In this document: positions 40,948 through 51,038 of the stretch, in pieces
How positions within the stretch are numbered: the stretch's first letter is position 1
How the letters are laid out: each line of letters starts with the position of its first letter
Origin: Candidatus Bathyarchaeum tardum
GTDB lineage: Archaea > Thermoproteota > Bathyarchaeia > Bathyarchaeales > Bathyarchaeaceae
Assembly (NCBI GenBank): GCA_024650005.2
Contig: CP122380.1
Location: forward strand, 512,001-576,000
Direction of reading: 5' to 3'
DNA: 64,000 bases
Translations under genes and position numbers: made by a program
The notes under the pieces: model-generated
Told to the model about the DNA's origin: nothing
The model's database searches: none
Seen by the model: the letters and a program-made list of their open reading frames with translations, nothing else

Positions 40948-42249
40948 ATGAGTAACAAAGAGAAACCCCATCTGAACTTGGTGGTTATTGGTCACATCGA
41001 CCACGGAAAATCAACAACCGTAGGTCACCTTTTCTCTCTGACCGGTGCAGTTGACGAGAGAACTACAAGAGCCTACGAAGAAGAAGCCAAAAAACTAGGA
41101 AAAGAAACATTCAAGTTTGCATGGGTATTGGATAAGCTCAAAGAAGAAAGAGAACGTGGTATGACCATCGATGTTGCATACCTCAAATTTGAAACTCCAA
41201 AATATCAATTCACTATCATTGACGCACCAGGACACCGTGATTTCGTAAAGAACATGATTACCGGTGCAAGCCAATCAGATTGTGCAATTCTTCTCATTTC
41301 TGCAAAACGAGGAGAATTCGAAGCAGGAATTGGTTCTGGCGGACAAACCCGTGAGCACGCCTTCTTGGCTTACACTCTTGGTGTAAACCAGCTTGTCGTT
41401 GCCATCAACAAGATGGATGATGCTTCAGTAAACTGGGGTGAAGAACGTTACATGGAAGTCCGAAATGAAATGGAACGCATGCTGAAAATGTCCGGATTTA
41501 ATCCTTCAAAGATTCACTTTGTTCCAACTTCTGGCTGGACTGGAGACAACCTCGCAAAACGCAGCGAACACATGGACTGGTACAAAGGTCCTACATTGTT
41601 TGAAGCCCTTGACGAAATGGAAGTTCCAGCCAAGCCAACAACAAAACCTTTGAGAATTCCTATTCAGGACATCTACACAATCACTGGAATTGGTTCAGTT
41701 CCTGTAGGTCGTGTTGAAACAGGTGTTCTAAAAGAAGGCGATGAACTAGTTTTCATGCCCGGAAACGTAAAAGGTCAAGTCAAATCAATCGAAACTCACC
41801 ACGTAATGGTTAAACAAGCACTTCCAGGAGACAACATTGGATTCAACGTCAGAGGTATCTCCAAAAAAGATGTCCACCGCGGCGACGTAGCAGGGCATTC
41901 ATCTAACCCTCCCACTGTAGCAAAAGAATTCCTTGGACAAATCATCGTTATACACCACCCAACTGCAATCGCTGCAGGATACTCTCCTGTATTACACTCT
42001 AACACTGGTCAGATCTCATGCAGATTCAAAGAACTAGTTGCAAAACTAGACCCAAGAACTGGTCAAATCGTCGAAAAGAACCCCTCCTTCTTGAAGACTG
42101 GTGACGGTGCAATTGTACGCTTTGAACCTATTCAGCCAATGGCTGTCGAAACCTACAGCGACTTCCCCGAACTAGGACGATTCGCAGTTCGAGACATGGG
42201 CACAACAGTTGCTGCTGGCGTAGTCAAAGAGATTACAGTCAAGGGTTAA
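40948..42249 (+). CDS. tuf: Translation elongation factor EF-1 alpha
   Basis: GHIDHGKST, DAPGHRDF, NKMD, GRFAVRDMG. Confidence 0.98.
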   Translation: MSNKEKPHLNLVVIGHIDHGKSTTVGHLFSLTGAVDERTTRAYEEEAKKLGKETFKFAWVLDKLKEERERGMTIDVAYLKFETPKYQFTIIDAPGHRDFVKNMITGASQSDCAILLISAKRGEFEAGIGSGGQTREHAFLAYTLGVNQLVVAINKMDDASVNWGEERYMEVRNEMERMLKMSGFNPSKIHFVPTSGWTGDNLAKRSEHMDWYKGPTLFEALDEMEVPAKPTTKPLRIPIQDIYTITGIGSVPVGRVETGVLKEGDELVFMPGNVKGQVKSIETHHVMVKQALPGDNIGFNVRGISKKDVHRGDVAGHSSNPPTVAKEFLGQIIVIHHPTAIAAGYSPVLHSNTGQISCRFKELVAKLDPRTGQIVEKNPSFLKTGDGAIVRFEPIQPMAVETYSDFPELGRFAVRDMGTTVAAGVVKEITVKG

Positions 42250-42479
42250 AGAGACCCTTTTTTTCTTCTCTTTTTTGTTTTATTTCTTCAGGTAACTGAA
42301 TTTTTGAAAAGATGTTTTCAACACTCCACTGTTATTAGTATCGCATTAGCATTTTTAATATGAAATGTGCTTTTGTTTTTTAGGATTTTACTTCATCCCT
42401 TTAGTTCATCGATATATTTTTTTTTAAAAAAAAATTGAAATAATTACAAGATGAATTATGTAAACTTGGGGTTTTTAAT

Positions 42480-43277
42480 CTGAAATCTAAAACTGGTTAT
42501 TCTGAAAATGGGCTTCCGTATTTTCGGTTAGGAGACTCTTCGCGTATACTTGTAGTGTTTGAAGGTTTGAGTTTTGAAAATAAGCCTCCTTCTGTTTTTC
42601 AGCTTCGTTGGGTTGCGGGGGACTTTAAAGAATTTGCTAAAGAGTATACTGTATATTCCGTTGGTCGTAAACCTAACCTTCCTCAGGGTTACACCACCCC
42701 TGACTTGGCAAAGGATTACGCTGAAATGATAAAAAACGAGTTAGATTATCCAGTAGACATTTTAGGCCTTTCAACGGGGGAACAATTGCCCAATATTTTG
42801 CTTTGAATTATCCTGATTTGGTTAGACGATTGGTTCTTGCTAGTACTGGTTATAGTTTAAGTGAATCTGGAAAACAGTTGCAGCTTTATGTAGGCGAAAT
42901 GGCTGGTCAATGGAAATGGAGAAAAGCCTTTCCTGCAATGCTGGATGGTTTGTATCCTGAGGGTGGATTAAAGAAACGGTTCTTTAAGGCGATGATGTGG
43001 GTTATGGCAACCTTTGGGGGCACCTAAAGATCCTTCCGATGTTGTGGTGACTATTGAAGCAGAAGACAAACACAACTTCAAGGAGTTCCTTTTCCAAATC
43101 AATATTCCCACTTTAGTTATCGGTGGGGTGGACGACTTTTTTTATCCAATAAAAGAAACAGCAGAAGAAATTCCAAACGCTGAATTAATCCTTTACGAAA
43201 ACTTTGGACACAACGCTTGGATGGATAATCGAAAAAAGTTCCAAAAGGATATCTTGGATTTTCTTAATGCTGATTAG
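42480..43277 (+). pseudogene. Alpha/beta hydrolase broken by two frameshifts in G5 runs
   Basis: Adding one G at 42776..42780 restores GLSTGGTIAQYFALNYPD. Removing one G at 43016..43020 restores FGAPKDP. Downstream IPTLVIGG..D..GH catalytic region is intact. Confidence 0.7.
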
Positions 43278-43284
43278 ATAATCT

Positions 43285-43869
43285 CTAAGACAATAACAGT
43301 GTGAACAGGTTACTGTCTAGAAGTAGTAGTATTCCTTGGGTGATGCATATTATGCCTACGATGAAGGTTACGGGTCGTGAAGCTAATAGGGTTCCAAGGA
43401 GTTTGAGGACGTCTTCTATGAATTTGAAGACCATGTAAACGATTACTGCGGGAATCAAAAACAAGGCAACGTAAACCCATATGGATCCGATTCCCAGTAC
43501 GGTTTCTGGCAAAGAATATAAGAAGTACACTGCTCCGGTGACTAGTCCGCCTGCGAGTAGTCCAAGTAAGGCTGCCCATGGGAAGTCTTTAATGGGTTTT
43601 AGTATTAGAACCAGTCCTGCAATGATTAGGAGATATTGGGTGTACGTGTCTACGTTTGGGGCTTGAGATTGCCAAGCGGCTGCTCCTGTTATCATTAGGG
43701 CGATTCCGGCGAAAAACCCAAAAAATGCAACAATCCTGATTAGTATGCTTGTTGGGGTTCCTACAATTGGCACTGGTTTAACCACTTTTTGGATAAACCA
43801 CGACATAGCTATGATTCCACCCAAAATTAGAACATACTCAGCGTTGTTAACCAAAATGCCAAAATCCAT
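43285..43869 (-). CDS. Polytopic membrane protein
   Basis: About 6 hydrophobic helices. Confidence 0.65.
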   Translation of the reverse strand: MDFGILVNNAEYVLILGGIIAMSWFIQKVVKPVPIVGTPTSILIRIVAFFGFFAGIALMITGAAAWQSQAPNVDTYTQYLLIIAGLVLILKPIKDFPWAALLGLLAGGLVTGAVYFLYSLPETVLGIGSIWVYVALFLIPAVIVYMVFKFIEDVLKLLGTLLASRPVTFIVGIICITQGILLLLDSNLFTLLLS

Positions 43870-44032
43870 AACAGTTTGTCTCCCAAACGACTTGTCCTAT
43901 ACTTACCTAATATCAGAAACAACTTTTAACGCTTTCTTGAAACCAACAAAGAAAACAAATATGCAGTCTCTAGTTTTTCCATAAATACTAGTTTTCGGCA
44001 TGTAATTTTAGTTAACAAATTTGCTTTTGTTT

Positions 44033-44535
44033 TCACTTTTTTGCTCGTCTCTTTTGGAATGCTATTACTACGACCGCTACTGCTAGTAAAACGGCAAAAA
44101 TAATTCATGAAGAAAATTCTGGAATGTACCCTGTTGGTGTGTATCGCTTGTTTTGATTTGTTGCAGGCTGTAACTATCCTTGAGAGCCTCCGATTGTGTG
44201 TATTTGGTCGTTTACGTTAGATGCGGCCCTGAATGAGGGCGTTGGAATGTGTGTTCCGTTACTGTGTCGTTTTCTGGATTGTAAATTTGGGTTTTGTTTA
44301 TGGCCAATAAAAGTTAACAAATCCCCTATGATATAAACTGCTTTTGGTGCTAGATTCCCTGTTGTTGCACTTGCACCAGCTTGTTGAACTATATATAAGA
44401 TAGATGTGCCTTGATTTCATGTATCGGTTTTTGTGTCGTAAATTTGAGTTAAATCAAATAGATTGTCGCCATACGCTTTTGTTGTTCCTGAAATTACATA
44501 GATTTTTTCATCAATTACTTTTTGTTGCAGCCTCA
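44033..44535 (-). pseudogene. Remnant of Kelch-repeat surface protein with PEF-type C-terminal anchor
   Basis: VIDEKIYVISG..LTQIYDTKTDT*, ASATTGNLAPKAVYIIG, YTPTGYIPEFSS*IIFAVLLAVAVVVIAFQKRR; stops and frameshifts. Confidence 0.6.
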
Positions 44536-44624
44536 TTTGTGGTCTTCAAAAAAGGTTCCAGCTTTCAAACACGTAGGGTCTTGATTGCTTGTCAGTTAAC
44601 AAACATGTTTAGCTTTAACTGTGT

Positions 44625-45176
44625 TCAACGAAATTTCGTTTGGCGTTTGTAGATTTGATATCCAATGTATCCCCCAAGTAAAGCTTGACCTATTATTACT
44701 GGTAACAGGACTGAAACTACGCCGATGAAACTTTCAACTGCTTCTGGTGTGTAAAAAAGAATCTTTGTAACTGTGCTAAAAAACGGAATCATTAACCAGT
44801 ACGCTCCACTTGTTAGTACAGCCCACCACAACAATTTGTGACGATTTTTGAAAAACCCGTATATGCTATTCGCCAATAAATCTATCAAAAATGCAGTTGT
44901 CAAACTGCCTAGTCTGCTTATAGGGTCAAAGGCTGGTCCGCCTAAACGTGTGGGAATTGCAAGTAAAATGAATAATGCTAATTGCATGAATATTCTCCAT
45001 CTTCGACCTTCATATGTAAGCAACGAAAAAGTGATTGGAATCGCCAAAAGTATAGTGAACAAAAAATTTGTTCCAGGAATTCCAGTTATTATAGTTCCCA
45101 TCTGCGCGATTAAAGCTGTTATAACAAATTGTAAAACTGCCATAACAATAATTGTAGTCAAATCTCGGGTTTGCAT
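44625..45176 (-). CDS. ECF S-component-like membrane protein
   Basis: MQTRDLTTIIVMAVL start, ~6 TMs, ends GGYIGYQIYKR. Confidence 0.55.
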   Translation of the reverse strand: MQTRDLTTIIVMAVLQFVITALIAQMGTIITGIPGTNFLFTILLAIPITFSLLTYEGRRWRIFMQLALFILLAIPTRLGGPAFDPISRLGSLTTAFLIDLLANSIYGFFKNRHKLLWWAVLTSGAYWLMIPFFSTVTKILFYTPEAVESFIGVVSVLLPVIIGQALLGGYIGYQIYKRQTKFR

Positions 45177-45368
45177 AATGAATTACCTTTCTTCCTCTGG
45201 GTGGCTGGCATTTTTTTTGCCATTGATATATTCAACAATTTTTATATAAAAACTTTTTACAATGGATTGAGAACCTAATAAAATTTTTAATTTGTAACCC
45301 TCTTTTATGAATAATTTACAAGCTGATTTGACAGCTTTTGAAAAATTAAGAATTTAAGTTTTTTGCTT

Positions 45369-45851
45369 TCATTCATCTTTGTCCAAAAGATTGGGATTGA
45401 AAAACCCAGTGGGTGCAGATTTCAGTATGTGGGGGTCGCTTGATGGCAAGTATTGCCTGGCTTCGATTTGCAAAACTCCATTAATTTTTTTGAGTTCTCT
45501 TCCGATTTCAAACATGTGTTTAAAATCTTTAACCGCTGCAATTACTAAAAGGTCATAGTCCCCTACAGATTTTACTACCCTGATCACGTCTTTTATTTTA
45601 ATTATTTCTTCAACTGTCGTTGAAGTGTTAATCTGGTGCATTAACGAAATCATGTACCAAACACGAACGCCGTAACCCAGCTTGAAAATATCAACGTTTA
45701 TTACCGGTTTTATTGCACCCATTTCTTTGAGTTTGTTGTATCTCCTAATTATTGTATCTGTGGAGACTCCAAGTTCACTTGAAATTGTGCTAAAAGGTAT
45801 TCTAGAATTTTTAATTAAAATCTTTATTATGTCAAAATCTAGCTGATCCAA
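45369..45851 (-). CDS. Lrp/AsnC-family regulator
   Basis: MDQLDFDIIKILIKNSRIPFSTISSELGVS, VGDYDL. Confidence 0.87.
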   Translation of the reverse strand: MDQLDFDIIKILIKNSRIPFSTISSELGVSTDTIIRRYNKLKEMGAIKPVINVDIFKLGYGVRVWYMISLMHQINTSTTVEEIIKIKDVIRVVKSVGDYDLLVIAAVKDFKHMFEIGRELKKINGVLQIEARQYLPSSDPHILKSAPTGFFNPNLLDKDE

Positions 45852-45870
45852 CTAATACACCCTGCATACA

Positions 45871-46332
45871 TTACCCTAATTTTGACAAATTTTCCGGAAA
45901 TAGCTCTATTTGTGTCCAGAGGTTGGCTTTCAAACTAATTACTGTTGGATGATTTTTGATTTGTTGTTTTCGGGCTTCAATTTCATCCATGCTTTTAACT
46001 GGCATTAACACATGCACATTGTAATTTTCATTAAGTTCAACGTGATAAGTTGTTACGCCCCGTATTTGTTTGACATAATCCATGAATTTTTTTTCTTCGT
46101 TAAACTTCACATTTACGTATAGGCTTAAATGGCCTTGGTATCCTAATTTTTTTGCATTCACAATAACGGTTGCATTCTTAATTATGCCTGATTTTTTCAG
46201 TCTATTGTAACGTTTTTTGATGTTAGATGTTGACACGTTACATTTTTTTGCAATTTCTGTAAACTTTTTACGTGAATCCTTTAGCAACTCAACTAATATT
46301 TCTTTATCAATTTTGTCAAGTTGGTTTTGTAT
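45871..46332 (-). CDS. Lrp/AsnC-family regulator (probable non-canonical start, ATA 46332 or CTG 46350)
   Basis: Frame extends upstream of TTG 46287 to give QNQLDKIDKEILVELLKDSRKKF. GAGGAG SD precedes ATA. Confidence 0.8.
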   Translation of the reverse strand: MQNQLDKIDKEILVELLKDSRKKFTEIAKKCNVSTSNIKKRYNRLKKSGIIKNATVIVNAKKLGYQGHLSLYVNVKFNEEKKFMDYVKQIRGVTTYHVELNENYNVHVLMPVKSMDEIEARKQQIKNHPTVISLKANLWTQIELFPENLSKLG

Positions 46333-46554
46333 TAGTTTGACTCTCCTCAGACATTTGTTTGCATATGTGTCATGAATAACTTGTTTTTATATTATTTGTA
46401 TCTCTCTAACCATGATTTTTTTTATGATTATTTCGATATTTATCGTAATTTATGTCTATTTTATATGTTATTAGTGTTGTTTATCGTATTTTTTTTGTTT
46501 TTACCAAAAGTCTTATAAACATTTTTGAGCTAAATCGGTCAGGAAGGTGTTATA

Positions 46555-49083
46555 TTGAAAAATATGAAAAAACCAAATAAAATACAACTATCAGCTATCG
46601 CTTTAACTCTAATATTTACGATTTCTACCCTTGCAATATTGCCCTCTGCATTTGCTCAAGCTCCTGGTTACAAAGAAACTTTCGCATTTATTGGGGGAAT
46701 TCCTAACCCTGTAGGCGTTAATCAACAAGTACTGCTACATATTGGTGTACCTACCCCAATAGCCCATCCCCAACCCGGATGGTATGACTTGACTGTCGAA
46801 GTAACTGATCCAAGCGGCAACACAGAAATTTTAGGTCCTTTTGATACAGACACAACAGGTGGAACGGGAGTAGTATTTACTCCAACTCAAGTTGGAACAT
46901 ATACTTTGCGAACCCATTTCCCTGAACAGGCAACTGAAGTCGACTATAACCGTATTGGTCCTGCTGGAACAATAATGCGCGAAAGCTATAGCGAACCCAT
47001 GGAATTAATTGTCCAATCCGAACCAACTCAACACTATCAAGGTCAACCCTTGCCGACTGAATATTGGTCTCGTCCAATCGACGCCCAACTTTGGTCATGG
47101 GCATCAGTTGGAGGACAATGGTTACACACAACTAACAGGGCACAAAACTTCAACGACCGAATAAAAGACGATAACGCCATGCCAATGGCTCCTCACATTC
47201 TCTGGGCTAAACCCCAAGAATTTGGTGGCCTCATTGGAGGCTCTGGCGAACTAGGAGTCCACAGCTACGACCACGGAGATGCATATGAAGGAAAATGGTC
47301 ACCGCCCGTGATCATCAATGGTGTACTTTACTACAACCAATTCAATGCCAACGGCGGAACAAATGTTGAACAAGAAGTAGTTGCAGTAGACCTTCACACC
47401 GGTGAAGAAGTCTGGCGCCGACCTCTTGTAGATTCAACAGGAGCTGTCCACCGTCTCGCATTTGGTCAAATATTCTATTGGTCCTCATACAACATGCACG
47501 GAGCATTCCCATACCTATGGGCAACACAAGGCAGCACATGGCACGCATTTGATGCAGCCACAGGCCGCTGGGTGTATTCAATGGAAAATGTTCCTTCTGG
47601 CGCTAACCTTTATGGTCCAAGAGGCGAAATCTACCGATACAGCATCAACCTGAATTCTGCAACGATGAGTCTTTGGAACTCCAGCAGAGTTGTTTCAAGT
47701 GACGGCAGCTGGCTACGCGGAAACCAAGGAACAGTCTTTGATGCAAGAAACGGAATTGAATGGACTAACGACATTCCAACCGGTTTAGGCGGCGCAGTTC
47801 ACCACGTTCGATATGGCGAAATTGCTGTCGGTGCACTGGACCAGCGCTCTGCAGTAGCACGCAACCCTACTCGTTTCTGGGCTTTCAGTCTAGAACCTGG
47901 AAATGAAGGAGACCTAATCTTCAATGTAGAATGGGATCTCCCCCGAGAAAACGTAACCACTCATTTGACTCAAATAAGTGTTGAAGAAGACATTTTCGTA
48001 GTTTACTTGCGAGAAACACGAGAATTCTATGGTTTTAGCCTAAGCACAGGCGCAGAACTATGGGGTCCAACTCCAAGACAAAGCTACCTAGACAGCTATG
48101 GATTCGCTTCAATGAACGACTGGGAATTCATCTATGACGGCAAACTAATCTCCGGAAACGTCGGAGGAATCGTTTACTGTTATGATGTCCAAACAGGTAA
48201 CCCACTGTGGACTTTTGAAAACGATGATCCTTACTCAGAAATTCTATGGAGTAACAACTGGCCTATTCGTAAAGCCTTCATCTCTAATGGCATACTGGTA
48301 ATCAGCCACGATGAACACTCCCCAATTGATCCTCTGCCACGGGGTGCACCAACTGTTGCTGTTGACCTAGAGACAGGTGAACAAGTCTGGTCGGTAAACA
48401 TTCGTGGAACACAATGGGGTGGAACTCCAGTTATTGGAGACAGCATAATCGCAGCATACAACACATACGACAACAGAATCTACGCAATCGGCAAAGGACC
48501 ATCTGCAGTAAGCATTGAAGCACCCTTGACCGGTGTAACACCTGGATCATATGTGGTAGTTCGCGGTATGCTAACTGACATATCTCCAGGAACAGATGAC
48601 TACCGGATAGCTGCACGATTCCCTAATGGTGTACCTGTGGTGTCTGATGCAGATATGAGCGAATGGATGCAATACGTGTACATGCAATTTGAACAACCAG
48701 CTGACGTAAATGGTGTTCCAGTGAAAATTGAAATCGTTGACCCTAATGGTCATTACGAATGGATTGGAACTGCAACAACTGATGTTTACGGCAACTACGG
48801 TTATTCATTTAGGCCCCAAGTTGAAGGTCAATACATGATTATAGCCACTTTCGAAGGCTCCGCTTCATACTTCGGCTCAACGTCAACAACATACTTCACT
48901 GTAGATCCAGCTCCTACACCTGCTGCACCTATTGAACCTGAAGAACCTGAAACCCCTGTAGCACCTATTGAACCAACCCAACCAGAAGCACCATTGATCA
49001 CCACTGAAATTGCAATCATCATAGCAGTTGCCGTTGTCGCAGTAATCGGCGTAGCCGCATACTGGATGCTAAAACGCAAATAA
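46555..49083 (+). CDS. Secreted PQQ-like beta-propeller surface protein (paralog 2)
   Basis: Same architecture as 21325..23865, identical last 128 aa. Confidence 0.85.
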   Translation: MKNMKKPNKIQLSAIALTLIFTISTLAILPSAFAQAPGYKETFAFIGGIPNPVGVNQQVLLHIGVPTPIAHPQPGWYDLTVEVTDPSGNTEILGPFDTDTTGGTGVVFTPTQVGTYTLRTHFPEQATEVDYNRIGPAGTIMRESYSEPMELIVQSEPTQHYQGQPLPTEYWSRPIDAQLWSWASVGGQWLHTTNRAQNFNDRIKDDNAMPMAPHILWAKPQEFGGLIGGSGELGVHSYDHGDAYEGKWSPPVIINGVLYYNQFNANGGTNVEQEVVAVDLHTGEEVWRRPLVDSTGAVHRLAFGQIFYWSSYNMHGAFPYLWATQGSTWHAFDAATGRWVYSMENVPSGANLYGPRGEIYRYSINLNSATMSLWNSSRVVSSDGSWLRGNQGTVFDARNGIEWTNDIPTGLGGAVHHVRYGEIAVGALDQRSAVARNPTRFWAFSLEPGNEGDLIFNVEWDLPRENVTTHLTQISVEEDIFVVYLRETREFYGFSLSTGAELWGPTPRQSYLDSYGFASMNDWEFIYDGKLISGNVGGIVYCYDVQTGNPLWTFENDDPYSEILWSNNWPIRKAFISNGILVISHDEHSPIDPLPRGAPTVAVDLETGEQVWSVNIRGTQWGGTPVIGDSIIAAYNTYDNRIYAIGKGPSAVSIEAPLTGVTPGSYVVVRGMLTDISPGTDDYRIAARFPNGVPVVSDADMSEWMQYVYMQFEQPADVNGVPVKIEIVDPNGHYEWIGTATTDVYGNYGYSFRPQVEGQYMIIATFEGSASYFGSTSTTYFTVDPAPTPAAPIEPEEPETPVAPIEPTQPEAPLITTEIAIIIAVAVVAVIGVAAYWMLKRK

Positions 49084-49153
49084 ACCAAACATCCCCTCCC
49101 TCTTTTTTTGGGAAAATCCATTGGAAGAAACGGGGCTGAAAAGGCTCAAGCAC
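48696..49153 (+). repeat. Dispersed repeat copy B (matches 23478..23934)
   Basis: Direct comparison of the two regions. Confidence 0.95.
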
Positions 49154-49431
49154 TAAAATGAAAAATAATCAAACCAATGATAGTAGATTGTTTTTTCATT
49201 TTTTCACCTTTAAAGCTTGTGCTAAAAGCCTCAGCAAACCCTTTCTTCTAAAGGTGGATTGTCTTTAGAAATCTTTTTTATATTTTTTTAAAATTTACCG
49301 ACATATTTGATCCTTTATTATTAATTCAAAACGTGATCTTGTGACTTTAATGATTATATCATGTAACGATGTCGTAAATCAACTATTTTCATGCGAACTA
49401 GCTATAAGCCAAGATGCATGTTTAGCTTAAA

Positions 49432-49629
49432 ATGCAGCCTAATCAACAAAGAATCCAAATCAAGCTTGGAATGCGAGTGAACATAGTTTTAAAACAACAC
49501 CAACGGACTGGTAGATTAACCGAAGGTGTCGTTAAGGACATTCTTACGAACAGTTCAACTCATCCCCACGGAATCAAAGTCCGACTTACTGACGGTAAAG
49601 TTGGCAGAGTACAATCGATCCTCAAATAG
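49432..49629 (+). CDS. YwbE-family protein
   Basis: VLKQHQRTGRLTEGVVKDILTNSSTHPHGIKVRLTDGKVGRV. Confidence 0.85.
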   Translation: MQPNQQRIQIKLGMRVNIVLKQHQRTGRLTEGVVKDILTNSSTHPHGIKVRLTDGKVGRVQSILK

Positions 49630-49662
49630 GTTGCTTTGTTTTTCTTGTTTAATCTGAAAAGT

Positions 49663-49974
49663 GGCGGGTCGCCTTGGTTCGACGTCTAGTTTTCGGCAGT
49701 TTCCTTGATCTCTAAACTCTTACCCGCTGTCCCTTAAGCGCTGAACGTCCAAGCTTAGGTTGCTCCCTCCCGGGCCTGGCCAGGTTCGCCTGATGGACAC
49801 GGTTAACAGCCTTCCTACGAAGACCGCTCCATGACCGCCAGCCTAAAGGGACGGATAGTCACTGTTAGTGGACCAAGGATGCCTGACGATCTTTTACGCC
49901 TCGCCAAAGCATTCAGCCCGTCGTGTAGAGGGTTTACGGTTCAGAGGACCCCTAGCCCCCCGCCTAGACCCGCC
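49663..49974 (-). ncRNA. ffs: Archaeal signal recognition particle (7S) RNA
   Basis: GC-rich 312 nt with paired ends GGCGGGUC/GACCCGCC, Alu-like 5' domain, helix-8 motif GCCAGGCCCGGGAGGGAGCAACC. Confidence 0.92.
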
Positions 49975-50223
49975 AACAAAAACAGACATCATAGCCGCTT
50001 TAAAAGTTTGTCACAAAAACAAGTAGCAACTGTAAACAGTTTCTTTAACGGTTAAACACTGTAGTTGTATTTATTTTTTATATTTTTATATTAAATGTAT
50101 TATTACTATCTTTAATTAGTTTTTTCATGTAATTTTTTTAAAATTTTCATTCATATTTTTAGCTCCAAATTTGTTGTTCACATATTTTATATCCTTTTTT
50201 CGATTTAACAGTGCTAATAATGG

Positions 50224-50694
50224 GTGTGTGGGCAATTGGTGAACGGGAAACGAATACTGTTAATTGACGATGACGAAAACATAACGGAAACTTTAGTGTT
50301 AGCTCTTGAAGCTGAAGGCTTTACTGTAGATTCTGCAAAAACTGGAAAAGATGCTATCGTGAAATCTTTTGAAAACTTTTATAATTTGGCTGTTGTTGAT
50401 TGGCGCTTGCCCGATATTGAAGGAACCAACCTTCTGGGTGAACTAAAACAGACCACCCCTAAGATGGCAAAAATAATGCTTACAGGTTTTCCTTCTATGG
50501 ATAATGCTATTGATGCGGTAAACAGTAAGGCTGATGCGTTTCTTGTTAAACCAGTACATTTTGAAAAATTGTTAGAGACCATTAACAATCTTTTAGAACA
50601 ACAAGAAACTGATGGCAATTACAGTGAAGAAAAAATGACCAACTTCATTGAAACCCGCGTAAAAATGTTAACTCGGAAAGATCTGAAAATGTAA
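50224..50694 (+). CDS. Response regulator receiver protein
   Basis: ILLIDDD, VVDWRLPD, MLTG, FLVKP. Confidence 0.9.
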   Translation: MCGQLVNGKRILLIDDDENITETLVLALEAEGFTVDSAKTGKDAIVKSFENFYNLAVVDWRLPDIEGTNLLGELKQTTPKMAKIMLTGFPSMDNAIDAVNSKADAFLVKPVHFEKLLETINNLLEQQETDGNYSEEKMTNFIETRVKMLTRKDLKM

Positions 50695-50695
50695 G

Positions 50696-51031
50696 TTGTG
50701 GGTGGTTGTCTTGTCACAACCTTTTATTAATAAAATTATTCTGGACGTAATTGAGAAAGGTCTAGATGCATTAGGGAGCAGTCCAAAACAAGCAATTTGG
50801 TCTTTTTTGGAAAATGATTATAATATTGAAAAAGATGAACTGCCAAGAAACATCAAGGATTTTCAGGACGGTTTGCAAAAAATCTTTGGGCTTGGTTACA
50901 ACTTTTTGGATGCCCTTTTTTGTGATTATCTTCAACAGGCAACCGGGAAACAGTTTGCTAAAAATCAGAATTTTGTTGAATGTGTTGAATCCCTGTCTGG
51001 GGAAGTATTGAATTTAACTGAAGAAGTATGA
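50696..51031 (+). CDS. Small helical protein in two-component operon (DUF3227-like)
   Basis: GLDALG...F.DGLQKIFGLG pattern. Confidence 0.5.
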   Translation: MWVVVLSQPFINKIILDVIEKGLDALGSSPKQAIWSFLENDYNIEKDELPRNIKDFQDGLQKIFGLGYNFLDALFCDYLQQATGKQFAKNQNFVECVESLSGEVLNLTEEV

Positions 51032-51038
51032 ACAAGTA

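Noticed and set aside
39772-42249. Absence of EF-2 and rps10 from the rps12-rps7-tuf cluster
   Set aside because: Rearrangements of this cluster are common in archaea, so this is not informative by itself.
42770-43025. BHB introns as cause of the hydrolase frameshifts
   Set aside because: Breaks are single-base indels in G runs with no inserted hairpin.
44033-44535. TGA-as-Trp recoding, suggested by two TGA codons at expected Trp positions in the Kelch remnant
   Set aside because: The same region also has frameshifts, and intact genes in the window use TGG for Trp and TGA as stop. Ordinary decay.
49831-50055. 74-aa ORF on + strand
   Set aside because: Antisense to the SRP RNA; open only because of local GC richness.
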